A program made the position numbers and the translations under genes. A stretch of DNA of 40,015 nt from Clostridia bacterium (GTDB taxonomy: Bacteria; Bacillota; Clostridia; Christensenellales; UBA1242): contig JAFQUU010000032.1 in assembly GCA_017408305.1 (NCBI GenBank), positions 1 to 40,015 of the forward strand. The letters are read 5' to 3'. This document shows, in pieces, positions 1 to 8,077 of the stretch. The notes beneath the pieces are model-generated. The model ran no database searches. It saw nothing but the letters and a program-made list of their open reading frames with translations, and was not told the DNA's origin. The stretch's first letter is position 1. The number at the start of each line of letters is the position of its first letter.

Positions 1-1854
1 CAGCAGGAATATGAGGGCTTTGCGTTTGCAGTGAAAAAAATTTTGAAAGATGCTGAGGCCGATCGTGGCCTTAGAAGTAAATTCATTGGCGTTCTTGCCA
101 ACCTTGTGCAAGTGGAAGACAAGTTTGAAACTGCCATTGAAGTTGCACTTGGTGGGGCACTTCAAAACATTGTTACAGAAACTGACCAACAAGCCAAGGA
201 CCTTATTGCATACCTTAAAGCCAATCGTTATGGTAGAGCAACATTTATGCCAGTTAATGTTATGAAACCAAGATTTTTGTCTCAATCAGACAAAAATTTG
301 CTGACGGTGGAGGGCTGTTACGGTATTGCCAGCGACCTTATAAGATTTGATAAAAAGATTGAAAATGTAATAGGCAACCTTCTTGGCAATGTTGTTATTG
401 CAGAAAATCTTGACATTGCAACATCACTTGCAAAGCACTCAAACTTTAGGTTTAGGGTTGTAACGCTTGAGGGTGATGTTGTCAGCACAAGTGGTTCACT
501 TACTGGTGGCAGTAAAAAATCTAATGCTACAAACATTATAAGTAGAGACCGTGAGATTGAAGATCTTGCAAATTTAGTAAAAGAAAACAAAGTTTTGTAC
601 AGTGAGAAAAAGATTTTGCTTGCTAAACAAGAAGCAGAACTTGCTTCGCTTAAAGAAGCACTTTCGGACATTGAAAAACAAATCAATGCTTCCAATCTTT
701 CAGGGGCAGTGAAGCATGCAGAAATTCGTACAGAAATTTCTGCTCTGGAAAACGACTTTGTTCGCTTAAACGCAACCATTACAGATGCTGAAAGGCAAAA
801 AGAAGAACTTTCAAATCGCCTTGCACAAAACAAAAATATAATTTTGGAAGAAGAAGCAAAAATAGAGGCATACTTAAGGTCAAGCGAAAATCAAGAACTT
901 CAAACACGCCTTCAGCAAATCAAAATCATGCAAGATCAGCAAGAAATTGACAAAATCAAATTTCAGGAAATGCTTAGGCAAATTGATGCTGAAAAAGAGG
1001 CTGTTATGGGCCAAATCAATGTTGCAAGCGACAAAAAATACAAGGTGCAGGCAGACATGGAAAAACTGTCTAATGACCTTGACAATATGGCACAAAGGAT
1101 TTTGGAGGAATACAGCCTAACATACGAAACTTGCCAGCAGTTTAGAAATCCTGACTTTGAATTTGAAGGCTGTATGACTGAAATTTATAGGGTTAAGAAA
1201 GATATTTCAAAACTTGGGCATGTTAATGTTAATGCCATTGAGGACAGTAAGGCTGTATATCAAAGGTATGAAGAACTGTCAACTCAACTTAATGACCTTG
1301 AACAATCAAAAGCAGACACTTTGCAGGCGATAAGTGAACTTGCTAAGGAAATGAGTGTTAGGTTTGAAGAAAAATTTAATCAAATCAATTCAAACTTCCA
1401 AACAACATTTCGCGAACTTTTTGGAGGTGGCAATGCACATCTAGAATTAGTTGGCAGTGATAATATTTTGGAAGCAGGTGTTGACATTGTGGCAGAGCCA
1501 CCTGGCAAAAAACTACAAAACATCAACCTTTTAAGTGGTGGCGAAAAAGCCCTAACAGCAATTGCAATTTTGTTTGCAATACTAAAACTTAGGCCAATGC
1601 CGTTCTGCTTACTAGATGAAATTGAGGCCGCCCTTGATGAAGCGAATGTAGAGCGTTTTGCAAGGTACCTCCACAGATTTTCAGACACTACGCAGTTTAT
1701 CGTGGTAACCCACCGTAAACCAACAATGGAACTTGCTGACAGCCTGTATGGCGTAACTATGCAAGAAAAAGGCGTTTCAAGAATTGTATCAGTAAAACTT
1801 AGCGAAGCATATCAAAATGCCAAAGAAGGAGGCGAAGAAATTGGGGCTGTTTAA
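1..1854 (+). CDS. smc: SMC chromosome condensation ATPase, C-terminal part (5' end outside window)
   Basis: Frame 1 is open from nt 1 (same frame as track ORF 31..1854). Long coiled-coil-like E/K/Q/L-rich region, then ABC signature plus Walker B 'LSGGEKALTAIAILFAILKLRPMPFCLLDEIEAALD'. Followed by ftsY, as in Firmicutes. Confidence 0.95.
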   Translation, partial: QQEYEGFAFAVKKILKDAEADRGLRSKFIGVLANLVQVEDKFETAIEVALGGALQNIVTETDQQAKDLIAYLKANRYGRATFMPVNVMKPRFLSQSDKNLLTVEGCYGIASDLIRFDKKIENVIGNLLGNVVIAENLDIATSLAKHSNFRFRVVTLEGDVVSTSGSLTGGSKKSNATNIISRDREIEDLANLVKENKVLYSEKKILLAKQEAELASLKEALSDIEKQINASNLSGAVKHAEIRTEISALENDFVRLNATITDAERQKEELSNRLAQNKNIILEEEAKIEAYLRSSENQELQTRLQQIKIMQDQQEIDKIKFQEMLRQIDAEKEAVMGQINVASDKKYKVQADMEKLSNDLDNMAQRILEEYSLTYETCQQFRNPDFEFEGCMTEIYRVKKDISKLGHVNVNAIEDSKAVYQRYEELSTQLNDLEQSKADTLQAISELAKEMSVRFEEKFNQINSNFQTTFRELFGGGNAHLELVGSDNILEAGVDIVAEPPGKKLQNINLLSGGEKALTAIAILFAILKLRPMPFCLLDEIEAALDEANVERFARYLHRFSDTTQFIVVTHRKPTMELADSLYGVTMQEKGVSRIVSVKLSEAYQNAKEGGEEIGAV

Positions 1855-2734
1855 AAAAATTAAAGAAGCACTTGCAAAAACAAGAGATTCTTTTAGAAGA
1901 AAAATGGATGCACTTTTTAGTAAGGGCGAAATCAATGATGAATTTTATGAAGACCTAGAAGATATCCTTATTTCAAGTGATGTTGGCGTAAAAACCAGCA
2001 TGGAAATTTCAAACGAACTTTTTCAAAGGGTCCATAAAGAAAAGGTAAGAACTGCCGAAAACGCAAAAAACCTTTTAAAAACAATCATCGCTGAAACCTT
2101 AGAAGCCGAGACCCTCAAAATTGAATACCCAGCCATTATTACTGTTATTGGCGTGAACGGCGTTGGCAAAACAACCTCTGTTGGCAAACTTACAAACTTA
2201 TTTAAGTCAGAAGGTAAGTCAGTAACGCTTGTTGCAGGCGATACATTTAGGGCAGCAGCCTCTGCACAACTTGATGAATGGGCAAATCGTAATAAAGTCA
2301 AAATCATCAAACATCAAGAGGGGGCAGATGCAGCAGCAGTGGTGTATGATGCTATGGCAAGTGCAAAAGCAAAAAGGCCAGATGTTTTGATTGTTGACAC
2401 TGCAGGGCGTCTGCACACAAAAACAAACCTTATGGAAGAACTTGGAAAGATTGGAAGAGTTATTGACCGTGAAAATTATGGGGCAAATCGCTATACATTA
2501 ATCGCCCTTGATGCAACAACAGGACAGAATGCACTTTCTCAAATCAAAACATTTGATGAGTTTGTAAAAATTGATGGCATAATCCTAACCAAACTTGATG
2601 GCACAGCCAAGGGTGGTGTGGTGCTTTCAATTGCAAGAGAATACAAAAAACCGATTGTCTTTATTGGTACAGGCGAAAAACTTGAGGACATGGAATTCTT
2701 TAATCCAAAAGATTTTGCCGATAACTTGTTATAA
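1817..2734 (+). CDS. ftsY: Signal recognition particle receptor FtsY (short form, no acidic A domain)
   Basis: SRP-GTPase motifs 'GVNGVGKTTSVGKL', 'DTAGRLH', 'LTKLDGTAKGG'. In-frame TTG at 1841 sits 8 nt after GAAGGAGG (1825-1832) and may be the real start ('LGLFKKIKEAL'). Confidence 0.95.
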   Translation: MPKKEAKKLGLFKKIKEALAKTRDSFRRKMDALFSKGEINDEFYEDLEDILISSDVGVKTSMEISNELFQRVHKEKVRTAENAKNLLKTIIAETLEAETLKIEYPAIITVIGVNGVGKTTSVGKLTNLFKSEGKSVTLVAGDTFRAAASAQLDEWANRNKVKIIKHQEGADAAAVVYDAMASAKAKRPDVLIVDTAGRLHTKTNLMEELGKIGRVIDRENYGANRYTLIALDATTGQNALSQIKTFDEFVKIDGIILTKLDGTAKGGVVLSIAREYKKPIVFIGTGEKLEDMEFFNPKDFADNLL

Positions 2735-2737
2735 AAC

Positions 2738-2765
2738 AAAACACCGTTTGGGGTGTTTTTTTATT
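2738..2765 (+). terminator. Rho-independent terminator after ftsY
   Basis: aacacc/ggtgtt stem (2740-2757) followed by a T-run. Confidence 0.6.
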
Positions 2766-2788
2766 AATTATTGTCAATATTATGTGCA

Positions 2789-2843
2789 ATTTGTACAAAT
2801 ATCGCCAAAAATCCTTGGAATTTGTACAAATGTAGTGTATAAT
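2789..2843 (+). promoter_or_regulatory. Two copies of the 12-bp perfect palindrome ATTTGTACAAAT overlapping a putative promoter
   Basis: Palindrome at 2789-2800 and 2820-2831 (31-bp centre-to-centre). Candidate -35 TTGGAA at 2815-2820, 17-nt spacer, -10 TATAAT at 2838-2843. The second palindrome fills the spacer. Confidence 0.5.
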
Positions 2844-2871
2844 GCCAATGTCTAACAAAAGGAGAGCATTT

Positions 2872-3237
2872 ATGACATACAATAAAGACAAAGTAAAAAT
2901 CCAAACATCAAACATTTTGCTTCAAATTGGCATTCCTGGCAATGTGGCAGGCTCTAAGTATCTACTTAGGGCAGTTGAGATTGCCATAAACAACCCCATT
3001 GCCGTTATGTCTGTAACAAAAAACATTTATCCTATTATTGCTATGGAGTATAATACAAAGGCAACAAATATTGAACGTTCTATTCGCCATGCAATTGAAA
3101 TTTCTTGGAACAAGAACAAAATTGTTGGGCTAAACCAACTTTTTGGCATTGAAATTTACTCAAAAAAGGAAAAACCCACAAACAGTGAGTTTATTGCTCT
3201 TCTTGCAGAGCGTATCCCGTTTTTAATAACAAAATAA
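2872..3237 (+). CDS. Stand-alone Spo0A C-terminal (DNA-binding) domain protein, no receiver domain
   Basis: 'IGIPGNVAGSKYLLRAVEIAI...SVTKNIYPIIAMEYNTKATNIERSIRHAIEISW...KPTNSEFIALLAERI' parallels the Spo0A effector domain ('HIKGYLYLREAI...RVERAIRHAIEVAW...KPTNSEFIA'). ATG 2872 follows AAAGGAGAG; track start 2842 lies inside the -10 box. Confidence 0.8.
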   Translation: MTYNKDKVKIQTSNILLQIGIPGNVAGSKYLLRAVEIAINNPIAVMSVTKNIYPIIAMEYNTKATNIERSIRHAIEISWNKNKIVGLNQLFGIEIYSKKEKPTNSEFIALLAERIPFLITK

Positions 3238-3246
3238 TTGTGGTGC

Positions 3247-3275
3247 TTGACAAGCCACTTTTTTTATGCTAAACT
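3247..3275 (+). promoter_or_regulatory. rpsO promoter
   Basis: TTGACA (3247-3252), 17-nt spacer, TGcTAAACT extended -10 (3267-3275). Confidence 0.6.
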
Positions 3276-3455
3276 GCGTGCAGGGCTTTTTGCAAGGGTG
3301 CCAAGAGAATTCCCTTGGTGTAGGGCTTTAGAAGGGAGTTTTGTTCAACCTTAAAAGTTTTTGCACCTTGTGTAATGTGGGCAAGGAAAACCAATCCCAA
3401 TTGCACTTTTCGGGCATCGTTGTTTCAAGCGACTTTATTTAAAAGGGGAAGGAAA
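3276..3455 (+). promoter_or_regulatory. Long (~180 nt) structured 5' leader of rpsO, possible S15 autoregulatory element
   Basis: Unusually long leader for an 85-aa gene. Local helices such as ccaag...cttgg and ccttg...caagg. No class assignment made. Confidence 0.3.
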
Positions 3456-3710
3456 ATGAGAGAAAAAAGCGAAATTATCAGCGAATTCAAAATCAATGAA
3501 AAAGACACTGGCTCAACACAAGTGCAGATTGCTATCTTGACTGAAAGAATTAGACACCTTACTGAACACCTTAAAGTGAACAAGAAAGACAATCACTCAC
3601 GCCGTGGACTTTTGAAGATGGTTGGTCATCGCAAAAATCTTTTGAACTATCTTAAGAAAAAAGATTTGGATGCTTATAAAGACCTTAAAGCCAAACTTCA
3701 AATCAGATAG
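3456..3710 (+). CDS. rpsO: 30S ribosomal protein S15
   Basis: '[47 protein letters not shown]'. ATG 3456 follows AGGGGAAGGA. The upstream 27 codons of track ORF 3375 are leader. Confidence 0.95.
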   Translation: MREKSEIISEFKINEKDTGSTQVQIAILTERIRHLTEHLKVNKKDNHSRRGLLKMVGHRKNLLNYLKKKDLDAYKDLKAKLQIR

Positions 3711-3743
3711 GCTTGCCAGCGACAAAGGCTTCGCTAAATAAAA

Positions 3744-3777
3744 GTGCTACTTCAAAATTGGAAGTAGCCTTTTTTTA
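3744..3777. terminator. Bidirectional terminator between rpsO and murG
   Basis: gctacttc/gaagtagc stem (3746-3768) with an A-run on the left and a T-run on the right. Confidence 0.75.
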
Positions 3778-4830
3778 TTTTTGTTTTGCATAGTCAAGAA
3801 TATATTTTGTAATAAGGTTGTTTGCTTCAACGCCATTAAAGGTTTTCATATTAGAAATGTAGAAAAACTTGTTTTTTTCAAGTCTTGAAACTTTTTGAGA
3901 AAAATTTTCAAACGATAAATCTTTTTCTTCCAAAACTTCTGCATAGCCGTTGGTTTTAAAGACTTTTGCGTTTTCAATTTGGTCGCCCCTTGAAGCCTCT
4001 TTTGAAAGAGGAATTAAAAGCATTGGTTTTTGCATTGCCAAAAGTTCAAAAATACTGTTTGCCCCAGCCCTGCAAATCACAACATCACTTAATGCAAAAA
4101 AGTCATAAATATTCTCAGCAAATTCAATTTGGCAGTAGTTGGGAAGACTTTTTTCTTTTGCGTTGCCACGTCCAACAAAATGGATTATGTTGTAAGAGTC
4201 CATCTTGTCAAGATTGTCAAACACAAATTTGTTGATGTTTTTTGAGCCTAAACTGCCACCAAAAAACAAAATCGTTGGTTTTGAAGTTTGAAATCTGCAA
4301 AATTTTTCTGCCACTTCTTTGTTTGCAGAAAACACTTCTTGGCGTATTGGGCTTCCAGAATATATACATTTGTCAGATATGCAAGTTTCCCTAAAACTTG
4401 TAAACATTACTTTTGCATATCTATGTATAATTTTGTTTGCAAGGCCCATTGAATAGTCGCTTTCATGGGCAAGGATTGGTATTTTTAATTTCTTTCCTGC
4501 CATTGCTACTGGAAGCGAAACATATCCACCTTTTGCAAAGATTACGTTAGGTGCAATATCTTTTAGCACCTTTTTTGCAAATGCCACTGCCTTTAAAAGT
4601 TTGTAAGGCACCAAAATGTTTTTAGGCGTTAGTTTTCTTATAAGTTTTACGGCAGGAATTTCCACAAAAGTGATGTCCTTATCCTTGGAAACAAGTCTTT
4701 GCTCCATACTGTCCTTTTCGCCAAGATAAAAGATTTTAAAGTGTTTTTTCAGGTAGGGAATAAGTGCAAGGTTTGGCACTATGTGCCCACCAGTGCCACC
4801 TCCTGTCATAACAAGTTTTAATTTTTCCAT
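3775..4830 (-). CDS. murG: UDP-GlcNAc:lipid I N-acetylglucosaminyltransferase MurG
   Basis: N-terminal G-loop 'MTGGGTGGHIVPNLAL' and GT28 C-terminal pattern 'VICRAGANSIFELL'. Start taken at ATG 4830 ('MEKLKLVMTGGG'), which sits 6 nt after TATAAT (complement of 4837-4842) with no SD. Track start 4872 is less likely. Confidence 0.9.
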   Translation of the reverse strand: MEKLKLVMTGGGTGGHIVPNLALIPYLKKHFKIFYLGEKDSMEQRLVSKDKDITFVEIPAVKLIRKLTPKNILVPYKLLKAVAFAKKVLKDIAPNVIFAKGGYVSLPVAMAGKKLKIPILAHESDYSMGLANKIIHRYAKVMFTSFRETCISDKCIYSGSPIRQEVFSANKEVAEKFCRFQTSKPTILFFGGSLGSKNINKFVFDNLDKMDSYNIIHFVGRGNAKEKSLPNYCQIEFAENIYDFFALSDVVICRAGANSIFELLAMQKPMLLIPLSKEASRGDQIENAKVFKTNGYAEVLEEKDLSFENFSQKVSRLEKNKFFYISNMKTFNGVEANNLITKYILDYAKQK

Positions 4831-4902
4831 ACTAATATTATATACATAAACACTCGAAATATGTTTTGGCATATTGGCTCAATCTCTTTCATAAGATGAA
4901 GT

Positions 4903-5643
4903 ATGAAAATTTTTTCCTTTAGAATCAAAAAAACAAACAAAAGAAAAACTTTTTTAACAAATGCCATCATTTTTTCAATGCTTTTTGTTGTACTTGCGTT
5001 TTCTTATGCGGGTGGCACTCTTCAGGTTTTCAATAGAACTCAAGGAGAAGAAGCAATTTATTTTGGCGACAGAAACTCAAACAAAGTGTCGCTTATGGTT
5101 AATGTTTATTGGGGTGATGAGTTTATACAGCCAATGCTTGACATTTTTGAAGAAAAAAACTGCACGACAACTTTTTTTGTTGGTGGAGTGTGGGCAAGTA
5201 AGAACTCTGAAATGCTAAACAAAATTATTGAATATGGGCATGAAATTGGCAATCATGGCTATTATCATAAAGACCAAAACAAAATTTCAGAGGAAGAAAA
5301 CTATAAAGAGATTTCACAAACTCATCAAATTGTAAAAAGCCTTGCTGGCGTAGAGATGACACTTTTTGCCCCACCAAGTGGTGCATATAACAATACAACT
5401 CTTACAGTTGCCACAAGTCTTGGATACAAAACTATTATGTGGACGCTTGACACTATTGATTGGCGAGACCAAGACAAAAACCTTATTTTGTCGCGTGCCA
5501 CCAAAAACGCTAAGGGTGGAGACCTTATCCTTATGCACCCAACAGCAGAAACTTTAGAGGCACTGCCGGATATTATCGATACTTTAAAAGCCAAAGGTCT
5601 TGAAATTGCACCAGTTACAGAAACACTTGGTATTAGTTTATAA
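4903..5643 (+). CDS. Polysaccharide deacetylase (NodB homology), PdaB/YlxY-like, N-terminal membrane anchor
   Basis: 'VSLMVNVYWGDEFIQPMLDIFEEKNCTTTFFVGG', 'GHEIGNHGYYH', 'LFAPPSGAYN', 'GDLILMH'. Confidence 0.8.
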   Translation: MKIFSFRIKKTNKRKTFLTNAIIFSMLFVVLAFSYAGGTLQVFNRTQGEEAIYFGDRNSNKVSLMVNVYWGDEFIQPMLDIFEEKNCTTTFFVGGVWASKNSEMLNKIIEYGHEIGNHGYYHKDQNKISEEENYKEISQTHQIVKSLAGVEMTLFAPPSGAYNNTTLTVATSLGYKTIMWTLDTIDWRDQDKNLILSRATKNAKGGDLILMHPTAETLEALPDIIDTLKAKGLEIAPVTETLGISL

Positions 5644-5690
5644 TTGACAAACGCCTTTTTGTGTGGTAAGATTTTGGCATGAGGGAACAA

Positions 5691-6827
5691 ATGATATTTT
5701 TAGATAACGCAAGCACCACATCACTTTGCAAAAGTGGCGTGGAAAATCTTTTGAAATACAGTCAAGAACTGTTTTACAACCCAAGTGCAAGTTATTCAGT
5801 GGGTTTTGAAAATTACAAGCAAATTCAGGGTGTTAAGGCTCTTCTTGCCAAAAAACTTGGCGTGGAGTTTAAAAACAATATTATTTTTACTGGCAGTGCA
5901 ACAGAAGCAACCAATCTTGCCATTTTTGGCAGTTACAGAAAAAACTGGAAAAAAGCAGTTTTTTCAGCAGGGGAGCATCCATCAGTATATAACTGTTCCC
6001 TTGAACTTGAGGCAAGAGGGGTGAAGGTTGAATTTGTTGACCTTGACCAAAGTGGTGCAGTGGACCTTGAAAAATTATCTAAGGCACTTGATGAAGATGT
6101 TGCGTTTTTGTCAATCATGCAAGTCAGCAACGAAACTGGTGCAATAAACAACCTTGAAAAGATTTTTGCCCTAAAACAGCAAAAATGTAAGAACGCAATA
6201 TTCCATGTGGACGGCGTGCAGGCATTTGGAAAACTTAATGTTGATTTAACAAAATTCAATCCAGATTTTTACACAATCAGTGCACACAAATTTCATGGCC
6301 CTAAAGGCCTTGGTGCTCTTTATGCAAAAAATCCACAGAAACTAAAACCGGTAACGCTTGGTGGAGGACAGGAGTATAACCTTCGCTCTGGCACAGAAAA
6401 TTTGCCAGCGATAATGGCTCTTTATGGGGCACTTAACGAACTAAAAGAAACAGACTTTGCAAGGGTAACAAAAATAAATCAAGCCTTTAAGGAAGAACTT
6501 AAGAAAAACTTAGAGCCTAAGATATCCCTTAAGATTATGGAAGGTGAAAATTTTTCGCCGTATGTAATGAGTCTTAGTTTTAAAGGGATTAAAGGGGAAG
6601 TTCTTCAAAATCTTTGCGATAGTCAAGGGCTTTTAATCAGCACTGGCAGTGCCTGTTCTTCTAAAAAAAGTGGCAATAGGATTTTGGAAAATATTGGCCA
6701 TACTCAAGAAGAGATTGTTGGTAGCATAAGGGTAAGTTTTTCAAGAGAAACAACACTTGAAGAGGCACTTGAAGGTGCCAATATCTTGGCAAACTGCACA
6801 AACACACTTTGGAGGAACACAAGATGA
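5691..6827 (+). CDS. Cysteine desulfurase (NifS/IscS-type, PLP-dependent)
   Basis: 'SAHKFHGPKG' PLP-lysine motif and active-site 'STGSACSS'. ATG 5691 follows GAGGGA. Stop overlaps the thiI start (ATGA at 6824-6827). Confidence 0.9.
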   Translation: MIFLDNASTTSLCKSGVENLLKYSQELFYNPSASYSVGFENYKQIQGVKALLAKKLGVEFKNNIIFTGSATEATNLAIFGSYRKNWKKAVFSAGEHPSVYNCSLELEARGVKVEFVDLDQSGAVDLEKLSKALDEDVAFLSIMQVSNETGAINNLEKIFALKQQKCKNAIFHVDGVQAFGKLNVDLTKFNPDFYTISAHKFHGPKGLGALYAKNPQKLKPVTLGGGQEYNLRSGTENLPAIMALYGALNELKETDFARVTKINQAFKEELKKNLEPKISLKIMEGENFSPYVMSLSFKGIKGEVLQNLCDSQGLLISTGSACSSKKSGNRILENIGHTQEEIVGSIRVSFSRETTLEEALEGANILANCTNTLWRNTR

Positions 6828-8017
6828 AAAATGTAATTCTTCTTCGCTATGGCGAGATACATTTAAAGGGTAAAAACAGAGGTTTTTTTGAAAACGCACT
6901 TTTCCAAAACCTAAAAAACAGCCTTGAGGGGATAAACTGCAAAATTTCAAGGATTGCAGGCAGATATTTGGTTTCAGAATTTGAAGAAAAGGATATAAAA
7001 CTTATCACAGAAAAATGCCAAAAGGTGTTTGGGTTTGTGTCGTTAAGCCATGCTATGGAAGTTGAAACAAGTGAAGAAAATATTGTTTTGGCAGTTAAAA
7101 CTTTGATGGGCGAAGTTGAAAAAAATAGTGCTAAAGAAGTTATAACTTTCAAGGCAAAAACCAAGCGTGCTGATAAATCTTTCCCCGTAAAGAGTGATGA
7201 TTTTTCTGCATTTTTGGGCGAAGTAGTGCTAGACAATTTCAAGATTTTTAAGGTTAAACTTTCAGACTACGATATTGAACTTAATGTTGACATTCGCGAA
7301 AACGGCAAAACCTATGTTTTTTGCGACAAGGTTAATTGCCTTGGTGGCATGCCGGTTGGCACAGCAGGCAAGGGGCTTTTGATGCTTTCAGGTGGCATTG
7401 ACAGCCCAGTGGCTGGCTATATGATGGCAAAGCGTGGCCTAAAACTTTTTGCAATGCATTTTCACAGTTTTCCATACACCAGTTTGCAGGCTCGTGAAAA
7501 AGTGCTTTCTCTTGCAGAAATCTTAACTGATTACACCGGTGGAGACCTAACAGTCTTTATGGTGCCATTTACAAAAGTGCAAGAGGCAATCCACCAAAAA
7601 TGCGATAGTGCGTATATGATAAACATAATGCGTAGAATTATGTTTAGGATTGCTGAACGCGTTGCAGAGAAAAACAATATTCAAACAATTGTTACTGGGG
7701 AAAATTTAGGACAAGTTGCAAGCCAAACCATAGAAAGTTTGACAAATACAAACAGTGTGATGGATGTTATTCCTGTTATGAGGCCACTTATCGCTTTTGA
7801 CAAACTTGATATAATAAAAATTTCCAAAGAAATTGGCACATTTGAAACTTCAATTTTGCCATACGAAGATTGTTGCACTGTTTTCTTACCAGACAATCCA
7901 ATCATTAAACCAAGTATAAAAAACAGCCAAAAACAAGAAAAATTCTTGGATATTGAGAATTTAATTCAAGAAGCAATTGAAAACATAGAAATCGTAAAAA
8001 TAAAACCAAAAAAATAA
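6824..8017 (+). CDS. thiI: tRNA 4-thiouridine synthase ThiI (no rhodanese domain)
   Basis: 'LRYGEIHLKGKNR' N-terminus and PP-loop 'LSGGIDSPVA'. GGAGGA lies 7 nt upstream of ATG 6824. Confidence 0.9.
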   Translation: MKNVILLRYGEIHLKGKNRGFFENALFQNLKNSLEGINCKISRIAGRYLVSEFEEKDIKLITEKCQKVFGFVSLSHAMEVETSEENIVLAVKTLMGEVEKNSAKEVITFKAKTKRADKSFPVKSDDFSAFLGEVVLDNFKIFKVKLSDYDIELNVDIRENGKTYVFCDKVNCLGGMPVGTAGKGLLMLSGGIDSPVAGYMMAKRGLKLFAMHFHSFPYTSLQAREKVLSLAEILTDYTGGDLTVFMVPFTKVQEAIHQKCDSAYMINIMRRIMFRIAERVAEKNNIQTIVTGENLGQVASQTIESLTNTNSVMDVIPVMRPLIAFDKLDIIKISKEIGTFETSILPYEDCCTVFLPDNPIIKPSIKNSQKQEKFLDIENLIQEAIENIEIVKIKPKK

Positions 8018-8077
8018 AAATAATTACAAATAAATAAAAAATATTTATTTTTTTTATTTTTTGGTAAAAATATTTTA

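Noticed and set aside
3375-3455. 27-codon N-terminal extension of rpsO in the ORF track
   Set aside because: S15 homologues start at 'MREKSE...'. ATG 3456 has the SD, and the extension is leader sequence.
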